This document shows, in pieces, positions 18,110 to 26,768 of a stretch of 64,000 bases of DNA. Within the stretch, counting starts at the first letter, position 1; every line of letters starts with the position of its first letter. The position numbers and the translations under genes are program-made. Location of the stretch: positions 62,001 through 126,000 of IMG/VR virus record IMGVR_UViG_3300028384_001500. One strand, 5' to 3'. The notes below the pieces were generated by a model. The model did not search any database. It had not been told where the DNA came from and saw only the letters and a program-made list of their open reading frames with translations.

Positions 18110-19102
18110 TTAAAAGAATTCTGTCAAGTCAATGTTTTTTTCTTCTGCTTCTTCAAGAAAACGAAGCGGATTGTAACCTTCTGATTTTAATATGCTTTCA
18201 AACGACATTCGAATTCCTTCTTCTAGTGATATTCTAGGAGACCAGCCAGTATACTCTCTGACCTTTTTACCACTTAAGATATGATTTCCCATATACTCTG
18301 TCTGCGGGAGCCATTCAATTGTATCTGCAAAACTCTGGCCGCAAACACGATCCATAAGTGATACTATCTCACCGGTGACAAGCGGTGTTTCAGCAGCGAT
18401 ATTAAAGTCGTTATTCCAGCACTTTTCTTCTTTAATGCAAGAAAAGACACCGTCACAATAGTCATTGACATGTAGGTAGTCTTTGATTTTTGTTGGATCC
18501 AAAAACATTTGGACCTTTTTTACGCCGTTTAGCTTCGCGTAAATTGTTTTGGCAATGAGTGAATTCATATCACCGTCACCACCGTAAGCAAAGAGAGGTC
18601 GTACAATCATCCATTTATCACTATGTGACTTGACTACTTCTTCAGCTGCCAATTTTTGGCATCCATAAAATGTATGCGGGCCTCTATCTGAATTTTCTTT
18701 TATTTGGCTTTGCTGGTATTTTTCCGTTGCATAGATGACAGTTGTACCCATATAACAAACAGGAATACCACATTTCTTTGCCGCACGGCAGATGTTAAAT
18801 GTGCCTTGCACGTTTGTTAACGTCGACTCTTTTGAGTTAAGAGCAACAACATCAGTACCAACAACTGCTGCGTTGTGGATGACAACATCAATATCGTTAA
18901 CTTCAAAAAACTTTTGCCATGCTGTTTCGCTATTACGGTGAATACAAGGTTCACCTTTTTCTGTGGTATATTGTGACACATACGCTGCATCTTCATTTAA
19001 TTCATGTACACCTGATATAAATTGAAAACCGTGCATCTTTGCCCGTTTGGCAAGATTAGTGCCGATAAAGCCGCGTTCACCTGTTATAAAAACTTTTGAC
19101 AT
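18110..19102 (-). CDS. Second NAD-dependent NDP-sugar epimerase/dehydratase
   Basis: ITGERGFIG, HNAAVVG, YGCQK (YxxxK), RPLFAYG, KDYLHVND. Confidence 0.88.
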   Translation of the reverse strand: MSKVFITGERGFIGTNLAKRAKMHGFQFISGVHELNEDAAYVSQYTTEKGEPCIHRNSETAWQKFFEVNDIDVVIHNAAVVGTDVVALNSKESTLTNVQGTFNICRAAKKCGIPVCYMGTTVIYATEKYQQSQIKENSDRGPHTFYGCQKLAAEEVVKSHSDKWMIVRPLFAYGGDGDMNSLIAKTIYAKLNGVKKVQMFLDPTKIKDYLHVNDYCDGVFSCIKEEKCWNNDFNIAAETPLVTGEIVSLMDRVCGQSFADTIEWLPQTEYMGNHILSGKKVREYTGWSPRISLEEGIRMSFESILKSEGYNPLRFLEEAEEKNIDLTEFF

Positions 19103-19105
19103 AAA

Positions 19106-19152
19106 AACCTCCGTAGTAAATATACTATACTAGGAGGTTATAAATTTTTCAA
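19106..19152 (-). promoter_or_regulatory. Promoter TTGAAA-17-TATAGT overlapping a hairpin that pairs with the epimerase RBS
   Basis: mRNA AACCUCCUAGUA...UACUACGGAGGUU directly before UUUAUG. Confidence 0.6.
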
Positions 19153-19189
19153 AAACTAAAAACAATTAAATAGTTTATTGGTGAAAGTA

Positions 19190-19486
19190 TTATCTTTTTC
19201 TAGCAATGTCATACTGATGAATTATATAATCAGCTAAAGCGTCAATGCCATGCTTGTCATAAATTTTTATTAATTTATCGCTATTATCATACAATCTCAT
19301 CATAGTTTTATAAGGCATCGTATATTCTTTTGCAAGTTGAAAAATAAAACCGGTTATTCCATCCTTTTCGTAAGCTTGATCTAGATCTGATACCACATCA
19401 TTGGCAACTTCTGTAGGTGATGATGCTAATTTTTGACTCTCAGCAATAATTAATCTTCTTAATTGTCTTCGTGTAATTCTTTTCAT
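19190..19486 (-). CDS. Small leader-bearing hypothetical protein
   Basis: MKRITRRQLRRLIIAES; two ATAATTA motifs upstream. Confidence 0.7.
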   Translation of the reverse strand: MKRITRRQLRRLIIAESQKLASSPTEVANDVVSDLDQAYEKDGITGFIFQLAKEYTMPYKTMMRLYDNSDKLIKIYDKHGIDALADYIIHQYDIARKR

Positions 19487-19559
19487 TATTATTTCCTTGT
19501 TTACATTTAATTATCTAGTTAATTATTAAATTGTTTCTCATACTATTAATTTTTATGAT

Positions 19560-20642
19560 TTAAACACCAGTTACAACTTCTGTATAATCCATCAACTCAG
19601 CTGTATTGGGTATTAATTCAGACGGTTGTGTTGTTGGGTTTGCAGCTATTACTCTTAAATTCCAAAAAGATGATATCAAGCCTTGCCCTTTCCCAGCAAT
19701 ATAAGCAAGGTGTGTTGCAAACGTACCACAATTATATTCATCCATGACTGGAAGCAACGTATATAGGTGACATTTGTCTTTTATGCTTAATCCGTAATCA
19801 ATTGCCGACTGGACATAATTTACGTCTGGGCAAATGTAAAGTTCTCCTGCATGCAATGACCCTAATTTTTTCTTTGCTAGCTGTCCTAACCTTCTAGCCT
19901 CTTTTTGCGTCACAGTTATCATTCCTGTGCCTGTAAATTTTTTAAATGACTTAACGGGGTCAAACATTAGATCTGGGTCATAGTCAACAATGTTTGCCTT
20001 TCCTAACGATGCATACCTAACTTTTCCACCGGTTGCTAAAGATTTCTTAATAAGCTTAGGCGTGTATTTCCCTTGGAGGACGTATTTGTCAATAACTCCT
20101 CTTAGTTTATCTAGACTTGATTTAGAACATTGTCCGCTATATCTACCAAAGTCAAAATAGTGCGCACTACCATCACCTGCTATCAATATAATACCACCGT
20201 GGCCTTGAGGGAATAAATACTCTAAAGCTTGTTTTTCCATGCCTGTCAATCCTAGTGATTTAGATAAGGGTTTAGACCCAGTCCAGTGGCACATTATGAC
20301 ACATCCGTTTGCTGAGCTTGATCCAGTAGTTGATTTAGGCTTTGGTTTTTCGCTCTTTTTACTCTCTTCTTCGTCATCTCCAAAACTAGGTAAGTACTTT
20401 CCTAATCCAAAATATTCAGTATCAGCTTCGTATTCTTTTCCAAATTGTCTATATGCTTTTGCTACATAAGCGTTGTTTTTGGTTTTTTCGCTCGGCGGAT
20501 CTAATTCTAATCGATGTGCATCTTCTGGATATGTATCGTTCAACCACTGTCTAAACGCATCTGCTTCTTTTTTGTTTGTCGGCGCTGCTTCGTTTAGATA
20601 ATTTTCAATTATAATTTTTAAATCGCTTTTTTTAATTTTCAT
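19560..20642 (-). CDS. Leader-bearing protein with a permuted papain-like (His...Cys) domain
   Basis: MKIKKSDLKIIIENYLNEA; PQGHGGIILI...FDFGRY; YTLLP...YNCGTF. Confidence 0.55.
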   Translation of the reverse strand: MKIKKSDLKIIIENYLNEAAPTNKKEADAFRQWLNDTYPEDAHRLELDPPSEKTKNNAYVAKAYRQFGKEYEADTEYFGLGKYLPSFGDDEEESKKSEKPKPKSTTGSSSANGCVIMCHWTGSKPLSKSLGLTGMEKQALEYLFPQGHGGIILIAGDGSAHYFDFGRYSGQCSKSSLDKLRGVIDKYVLQGKYTPKLIKKSLATGGKVRYASLGKANIVDYDPDLMFDPVKSFKKFTGTGMITVTQKEARRLGQLAKKKLGSLHAGELYICPDVNYVQSAIDYGLSIKDKCHLYTLLPVMDEYNCGTFATHLAYIAGKGQGLISSFWNLRVIAANPTTQPSELIPNTAELMDYTEVVTGV

Positions 20643-20663
20643 CTTCTTGTCTTTTTAGTTGCT

Positions 20664-21290
20664 TTACCAGTTTTGGTATACTTTGTATATATTAATATCG
20701 TTACTTAAATATCCAGGCGAAACAACATTTTCTTCTAATTTTAAACTATTTAATTTATAACCATTTGGAATGATTTTACCAATTTTAACAGCTAAAGTTA
20801 AATCTTTAATTTTTTGGGGTTCTTCTAAATCTAAATTGGCATATTCCAGAGATTTATAAGCTAATTCTGAGCAATACTGTGCTGAACTAGACCAGCTAAG
20901 TCGGCTGTCGTAAGGTTTTCCTACTTGTGACTTTAAGTACCTTTTTACTTTTGCGTGATTTTTTTCTGTGATATCATCATGACGATAAACTACAAATCTT
21001 TTTCCTGTCCCTCTTCTATTAATATATTTTGTCAAGCTTATTTTTTTAACTGGGCCGTGCGCTTCATAAACGTAAAATTTGTTATTTTCTTTTACGACAA
21101 CCCCTACATGGTTGTAAGGACTAAAAGTCGCAGCTTGAATTGCGAGTGCCTGACTGCGACCTACTTCTGTTTGGAAAATTAAATCTCCAGTCTCGGCAAT
21201 ATTTTCATAGTCCTGTTGGTCATATGTAAGTCTTAAAGCTTCACAAGATACAAATAGTCCTGCGATCGCGGCGTATATATATTTTTTCAT
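20664..21290 (-). CDS. YiiX/YaeF-like permuted papain-like amidase (C92), lipoprotein
   Basis: Lipobox FVSC; GDLIFQ, SPYNHVG, VYEA, KPYD...YCSEL. Confidence 0.85.
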   Translation of the reverse strand: MKKYIYAAIAGLFVSCEALRLTYDQQDYENIAETGDLIFQTEVGRSQALAIQAATFSPYNHVGVVVKENNKFYVYEAHGPVKKISLTKYINRRGTGKRFVVYRHDDITEKNHAKVKRYLKSQVGKPYDSRLSWSSSAQYCSELAYKSLEYANLDLEEPQKIKDLTLAVKIGKIIPNGYKLNSLKLEENVVSPGYLSNDINIYKVYQNW

Positions 21291-21325
21291 AACATCCTTT
21301 GTTTTGTTAGGGTTTGTATATTAAT

Positions 21326-21354
21326 ATTATACCTAAGAAATAAAATAGTTGCAC
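21326..21354 (-). promoter_or_regulatory. Early promoter GTGCAA-17-TATAAT
   Basis: Exact spacer, upstream of the YiiX-like gene. Confidence 0.55.
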
Positions 21355-21422
21355 TTTTGTAAGTTTTTAATATATTCTTAGGTAAAATAATATTTTTCTT
21401 TACATTTAAGCTATTTTATTGA

Positions 21423-22253
21423 CTATAAAAGATAAAACAGTCCATACAACTCAGAAACTGATTTTCCTTTTCCTTCCCTGTTTAATCTTTTTACTTCTTT
21501 TAACCATACAGCCTTTCTTTGACTAGGCTTCATTTTAATTGCTTCATAGCTAAACTTTGACGTTTCTTTTGTATCAGTAATGATTACCCAATACGGTTTT
21601 GCCATCCCTACCCTTTCTAAGTCATTAGTCCAACTAATAAAATCCGATCCTTTCAACCCTAAAGGTTTGGCAAATATATCAAATTGCGGTCCTAGGTTAG
21701 ACTCATTTCTGTGATCACAAATAACCCCGAGACCCCATACAATAAAAGAGCTTTTAGGTTCACCATTAACAATTTCAGTTCTAATTGTTACGGCAAAGTG
21801 ATCCATGAAAGGTAAACCGTATCTATAAAAAGAAACAGCTTGCGTTATATTTTTAGTATAGGATTTTCTTTTACTCTTATTGTAAAGACTAAGCGCAGTT
21901 TGCTCATGCTCTAAAAACCTCATTTTAAATGATTTGTTTTTTCCGTGCGCTGGTGCGTACATTACAGCGTCTCTTAAAAAGTCCATTTGTGAATCACTTG
22001 GCAAATCTTTATCAAGGTAAGCATCCCCTAAAACAGAGACATGATGATATCCTTTTAGAGGGCCGACTGCAGGGACAAAATAAGAAGCAAATCCAATTGT
22101 TTCTAAATAAGACTTAACTCTTATTTTGTCAAATGTTGTCCAGACATCTTTTTTTCCTAGCCCAGCTAAGTCATGAATTACAAAAGGTGAAGATAATATT
22201 GATGTTATTGTGATCGTAATTAAGGATTTTTTAAGTAATTGAAATATTTTCAT
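21423..22253 (-). CDS. Hypothetical membrane-anchored or exported protein
   Basis: N-terminal hydrophobic segment; GAGG RBS; own promoter. Confidence 0.65.
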   Translation of the reverse strand: MKIFQLLKKSLITITITSILSSPFVIHDLAGLGKKDVWTTFDKIRVKSYLETIGFASYFVPAVGPLKGYHHVSVLGDAYLDKDLPSDSQMDFLRDAVMYAPAHGKNKSFKMRFLEHEQTALSLYNKSKRKSYTKNITQAVSFYRYGLPFMDHFAVTIRTEIVNGEPKSSFIVWGLGVICDHRNESNLGPQFDIFAKPLGLKGSDFISWTNDLERVGMAKPYWVIITDTKETSKFSYEAIKMKPSQRKAVWLKEVKRLNREGKGKSVSELYGLFYLL

Positions 22254-22294
22254 TGTTTTCCTCTTTAAAAGGTTGCGTTGTTGATTATATTTCT

Positions 22295-22323
22295 ATTATA
22301 TACTTAAAAAAATTAGGTTACAT
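22295..22323 (-). promoter_or_regulatory. Early promoter ATGTAA-17-TATAAT
   Basis: Exact spacer in the intergenic region. Confidence 0.65.
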
Positions 22324-22354
22324 TTTTACAAATTAAAAAAATTTAATTTTACTA

Positions 22355-23500
22355 TTACTCTTCATCATCACCAAAAAACGAGTCACTTGCTGCACTTGCG
22401 ATATTTTGAAGTTTATTTGCTCCGCCGAAAGTCAATGACTGTAGTGCATCAGTCGCGTACGCACCAATATCCCACAATGTACCTAGTACTTCATTAGGTG
22501 ATTCTTTATCCAGCTCAATGTCAATTGGAATCCCGGTGTAACCAAAGAGCCCCTCATAAAATCTACAAATATTTTCTATTGATGCTCTTGATAAAAAGTC
22601 TTCAGGTACCCACCCTTTTTTCTTACCACGATAGACTAATAAATTACCTTTTGCTGCAGCTGACAAAAACTTTTTAAAATTTTCTTCTTTTTGAAAAAAT
22701 TCAGGATCTTCAGCAGCTCTTTGCCCTTTTTTAATGTCGTCTTGTCCAAGTAAATTAACTGCGGGATTAAAATCATACTGATCTTTTATGAAGATCTTGT
22801 CATTTTTTACTACAACTGTCATATGTGTAAAACTATTGAAGATATTATTTAAAGGATCTTTTGATGTAAGACTGTCTTTAATAGAAGAATTACCTTTCAT
22901 ATTTTCAGCCATGTTATACGTTCCTGTACTAGGACCGCCAAATCTTTCAACATATGCTTTTGATGTAGCAACACGCTTATAGTCGGCATCAGAACCCCAC
23001 CCGCCTATTTTGTTTGTCTTTTTATGTTTAACAGCGTCAGCTGCTATAATTCTTAAACAATCTGCTAAAGAAGTTGTTAATGAATTTTCAGTTATTGGTG
23101 CAGTTCTCATTTCCACAAAGTCAAAAAACAATTGTGATATCCAATTTTCTTGCCCTAAAACAGCTAAAAAAGGCCGAAGAAGAACAACAGCAGACTTTGC
23201 AGTAATTGCTGTTGCAACTGAAAATAAACCCGCGCCTTTATTTTCTTTTTCTCTTGATTTTTCAAACTCTTTACCAAATTTTTCGTAAGCTACATAAAGA
23301 CCGTCCCAAGTAGAACTACCTGATGCTTTTGTGATGTCAATTTCAGGATCAGCAGCTTCTTCCTTTTTATTAGCTAGCATCCAAGCTCTAAACTCATCTG
23401 AAGTTTTTTTATCTTTGGCATATTTCCACGTTTTACCTTCACCGGCTTCAGTTAAATAATTTTCAATTAAAATTCTTAAATTTCTTTTTGATATTCTCAT
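22355..23500 (-). CDS. Leader-bearing protein with a DxYDFN motif
   Basis: MRISKRNLRILIENYLTEA; shares a roughly 55-aa domain with 19560..20642; KDQYDFN at 22766-22783. Confidence 0.65.
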   Translation of the reverse strand: MRISKRNLRILIENYLTEAGEGKTWKYAKDKKTSDEFRAWMLANKKEEAADPEIDITKASGSSTWDGLYVAYEKFGKEFEKSREKENKGAGLFSVATAITAKSAVVLLRPFLAVLGQENWISQLFFDFVEMRTAPITENSLTTSLADCLRIIAADAVKHKKTNKIGGWGSDADYKRVATSKAYVERFGGPSTGTYNMAENMKGNSSIKDSLTSKDPLNNIFNSFTHMTVVVKNDKIFIKDQYDFNPAVNLLGQDDIKKGQRAAEDPEFFQKEENFKKFLSAAAKGNLLVYRGKKKGWVPEDFLSRASIENICRFYEGLFGYTGIPIDIELDKESPNEVLGTLWDIGAYATDALQSLTFGGANKLQNIASAASDSFFGDDEE

Positions 23501-23511
23501 AACATTCCTTT

Positions 23512-24552
23512 TTATTTTAAAGTTTCTTTTGCTAAGTTTACAGCGTGAGGTGGAAATTGAAAAAGTTTTTTGTCAATTGATCCTGGCATTTTTCCTTTTT
23601 TTGCAAGATGTAGTAGTTTGTATCCTAAACTAGAACAATTATCTGATCCATCACTTTTAGTAACTGTATCGTCCCCAGTGAAAGTATCAATCATACCCCT
23701 TAAAGAACTTGCCAAGTCTCCAGCAGATGATGCCGGAACTAATGAGTACTTATTGCATTTATAACTAGCTGTATGACCAATTACTTTATTGATAAATTTG
23801 CAGTCATTAATAATTGCATAATCTTCATAGTCTGATGTTCTACTAAGAATGTTTTCAACTTCGCCTTCTTTGAATAAATAGTGTGTACCATCTTTTGATT
23901 TTACCAAAGATGCTTCCGGCCCGGGTAAATCTTTTTTAACTAAAGATCCAACAGCATATACACCTACTGATCCACCAATTGCATTTAAAATATTTTCAAA
24001 AGCACTTTTATTTTTTTGTTGACATTCCGCATGCCCTCCATCCTCTTTAGAATAGACACCAAAATCTACGCTAAAAGGAATTCTTGTCCTAGGATGAATA
24101 TAAATCACCTTAATATGTCCTTCAGGTATTGCGTCTAATACTTTTTTCTTTGCTGACTCAGGAACCATACCAATAAACAAGTCTGATACAGGCTTGGAGG
24201 TTGTATTAATTATGATTGCAGGATACCCTACATCTTTTTCATATGCATACTTTCTACCTGTCTGCTTTTTTGATATCATTTTTTCAACTTCTGCATTGAT
24301 TTTTTGATGTACGTCTTTATAAGCAGACTTAATTTTTTCTAAACTTAAAGGCTTTTCTTTACTCACGTTTGAAACATCAGTACCTGAAATTTTTGCTTGC
24401 GCAGGCCAAGAAGTAAGAAATATACCCTTGCTATCTTTATACCCTTTAATATTAAAGTTTGAAAATTTTATAGAAAATTCTTTTTTTTCATTTTCGTTTT
24501 CAAACAAATATTGCTTAATTAAATTTTTTAAGTTATTTTCAGATATTAACAT
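23512..24552 (-). CDS. Leader-bearing protein with a permuted papain-like domain (paralogue of 19560..20642)
   Basis: MLISENNLKNLIKQYLFEN; PEGHIKVIYI...VDFGVY; YSLVP...DNCSSL. Confidence 0.55.
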   Translation of the reverse strand: MLISENNLKNLIKQYLFENENEKKEFSIKFSNFNIKGYKDSKGIFLTSWPAQAKISGTDVSNVSKEKPLSLEKIKSAYKDVHQKINAEVEKMISKKQTGRKYAYEKDVGYPAIIINTTSKPVSDLFIGMVPESAKKKVLDAIPEGHIKVIYIHPRTRIPFSVDFGVYSKEDGGHAECQQKNKSAFENILNAIGGSVGVYAVGSLVKKDLPGPEASLVKSKDGTHYLFKEGEVENILSRTSDYEDYAIINDCKFINKVIGHTASYKCNKYSLVPASSAGDLASSLRGMIDTFTGDDTVTKSDGSDNCSSLGYKLLHLAKKGKMPGSIDKKLFQFPPHAVNLAKETLK

Positions 24553-24562
24553 TATCGCTTCC

Positions 24563-25162
24563 TTAAAAAGAAGACTTCATAGATGCATCACCAGATGACT
24601 TTGCTGATTTTGCAATTGAATCTGTTGACTTTCTTAAAGAGTCAGCAGATGAATCCATTGCAGCACTTAATATGTCACCAAAAGAAAACTTTTTCTGTTT
24701 TTCTTTATCCATTGTAAAAGTTTTACCCATTGTAGAAGCTTTTGGTCCCGCAACAACTCTAAATTTGTCACCACCAGCTTTCTGATAAAGATACGGATCT
24801 TGCTTTCTAGATCCTACTTCACCCATTTCTGTCATACCGCTTGACCAAAATTTATCTAACCCCTTCCAAATAAAGTAGTCTTTTGATTTTAAATCTTTTC
24901 CTGTTCTTTTTCCAATTGAATTCATTACATTCTTAACTTGATTATTAGTTCCAGGTGCAGCATCACCAACACCATATTGGTTCCCGCCAAAGTGAATTTT
25001 AAGTGCTTCTTTGTTTGATTTATCAGCAACAAAGTGTCCTGAATTTGGTAACATGTCGTCACCAAACATTTTCTTTGCCATTTGTTCAAAAGCGTTTTCG
25101 TTGATTGCGTAACTAATAGCTTCGTTAATAAGTCGTCTAAGCTGCATTCTAGAAAGTTTCAT
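24563..25162 (-). CDS. Leader-bearing hypothetical protein
   Basis: Start revised to 25162 (GGAG RBS); MKLSRMQLRRLINEAISYAINEN. Confidence 0.7.
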   Translation of the reverse strand: MKLSRMQLRRLINEAISYAINENAFEQMAKKMFGDDMLPNSGHFVADKSNKEALKIHFGGNQYGVGDAAPGTNNQVKNVMNSIGKRTGKDLKSKDYFIWKGLDKFWSSGMTEMGEVGSRKQDPYLYQKAGGDKFRVVAGPKASTMGKTFTMDKEKQKKFSFGDILSAAMDSSADSLRKSTDSIAKSAKSSGDASMKSSF

Positions 25163-25184
25163 ATTATACTCCAAATAAAATAAA

Positions 25185-25209
25185 AGGTCAGAATTAATTA
25201 TTCTGACCT
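25185..25209 (-). terminator. Intrinsic terminator with an ATAATTA motif across its arm and loop
   Basis: 10-bp stem AGGTCAGAAT/ATTCTGACCT followed by a T-run on the minus strand. Confidence 0.7.
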
Positions 25210-25238
25210 ATACATATTATCTAGTAAATTTTTAAAGT

Positions 25239-25688
25239 TTATTCGATATCACCTTGATATCGCTCAACAATAAGTCTTTCTGTAACCTTACATTGTGCGA
25301 GATAAACATCTAGATCCTCTAAAGATCTACACACCTTAATACCACTTGCTGCTAGCATAAGATTAAATTGTGCACCTGGAGGAAGCCCATCGCAAAAATA
25401 CACAATTGGCTTTTCTAGACAATTCATGTAACCTGCTTCAAAAATACTACCCATGTCTTTATTTCGAGTATTACATAACATCCAATCACACTCATGTAAA
25501 TGTTTAATATTACCACTAAAGATTTGATCTTGCATTGATTCATTAGCATCATTATCACATAGATTTTCATCTTTTGGTGAAAAATAGCTAACACCATGCT
25601 TTTCAAATACCGATTTAATATTTTCTACTTCTTCAAGCCATTCAGGTGAAAACCACCCACTAGCTAAATAAACTTTTCCAAATCCCAT
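25239..25688 (-). CDS. Nucleoside 2'-deoxyribosyltransferase / nucleotide N-hydrolase (NDT, Rcl, MilB-like)
   Basis: KVYLASGWFS, YFSP, IFSGNIKHLHECD, DMGSIFEAGY, KPIV. Confidence 0.85.
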   Translation of the reverse strand: MGFGKVYLASGWFSPEWLEEVENIKSVFEKHGVSYFSPKDENLCDNDANESMQDQIFSGNIKHLHECDWMLCNTRNKDMGSIFEAGYMNCLEKPIVYFCDGLPPGAQFNLMLAASGIKVCRSLEDLDVYLAQCKVTERLIVERYQGDIE

Positions 25689-25689
25689 G

Positions 25690-26676
25690 TTATTGTCTCC
25701 CCATAAATTGATTATGTTCTTGTGTTAGTTCGTTAATTTCGCTTAAAGCATTTTCCCATAGCTTTGTAAATACTGTGTCGCCACCTGGGTTTTCTGTACC
25801 ATTAATGTCTTCCCGGCGTGATTGATATATACTGTCATTTGGGTGATAATCAAAGATATCATTCTTGGGTTCTGGCCAGTAAAGATTCGTACCTCTAGAT
25901 GTGTGACCACCTTTACCATCAGGTACTCGGAAAGTTTTAACGTAATGCATATCTGGTTTGCCGAAATTAATACGTGTACTTGCTTCAGGTAAAACTTTAA
26001 GTACTTCTCGTGCCATGTATGCAGCAAGCAGATTATCAGCTGCAGGTTGAATTTGCATATCTTGACGTTGAGCAATAAAACCTAACAGATCTTTTAAATT
26101 AAGACGCATTAGATAGAATGACGTCATTGCTTTTGGAAGTATCATTCGAGCGTCCATCATAGATACAGCTTTTGAGTCTGTCATATCTGCGTAGAGCTGT
26201 TTTGACTCACGTACGAGACGGCGCCACCTATCAGCAAACTCAGGACTATTTTGTACTGATTCAGGAATAACTGCATCGTCATGGCGCAAGTCGCGGTCAC
26301 CTGTACATTGTGCTGCAAAAGAACCAGCACGATGGCGAATAATATGAGTAACTTCTTGAAATGAAAGCCCTGACAATTTAAAGGTAAAACCTAGACATTC
26401 CATAGGGGTTGGTAATGCACGAAAATTAAGTACATCTTCAAGATTTTCTGACAACTCTTTTAAAGAAGCTGTTGCCGGGTTTGTGTCATCGTGATGATCA
26501 GCCCAAGTAGCTTTTACATATTGCCATGCAACATTAAGCGCTTGAGATCGAGTTGGTGCATCTACAAGTTCTACTTTAAGTGCTTTAAGGTTATTATGAA
26601 ATGTTGTTTTTGGTTCTTCACCAAACTTTAAATCCATTGGTAAAGTAATAGGAATTAAATTTAAGTTTTGAGGCAT
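25690..26676 (-). CDS. thyX: Flavin-dependent thymidylate synthase-like protein (divergent)
   Basis: THIIRHRAGSFAAQC (RHRx7S with Cys), DARMILP, NLKDLLGFIAQR. Confidence 0.75.
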   Translation of the reverse strand: MPQNLNLIPITLPMDLKFGEEPKTTFHNNLKALKVELVDAPTRSQALNVAWQYVKATWADHHDDTNPATASLKELSENLEDVLNFRALPTPMECLGFTFKLSGLSFQEVTHIIRHRAGSFAAQCTGDRDLRHDDAVIPESVQNSPEFADRWRRLVRESKQLYADMTDSKAVSMMDARMILPKAMTSFYLMRLNLKDLLGFIAQRQDMQIQPAADNLLAAYMAREVLKVLPEASTRINFGKPDMHYVKTFRVPDGKGGHTSRGTNLYWPEPKNDIFDYHPNDSIYQSRREDINGTENPGGDTVFTKLWENALSEINELTQEHNQFMGRQ

Positions 26677-26707
26677 TTTATCTCCTTGTTAAATAATGTG
26701 TGTTTAT

Positions 26708-26746
26708 ATAATATAGCAAAAAAAGCACTATTACAAAATAGTGCTT
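26708..26746 (-). terminator. Terminator (stem 26723-26732/26737-26746) overlapping promoter TTGTAA-17-TATTAT for thyX
   Basis: 10-bp stem with a T7 run; -35 at 26731-26736, -10 at 26708-26713. Confidence 0.6.
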
Positions 26747-26768
26747 AATTATTTTAAAGTATTTTTAA

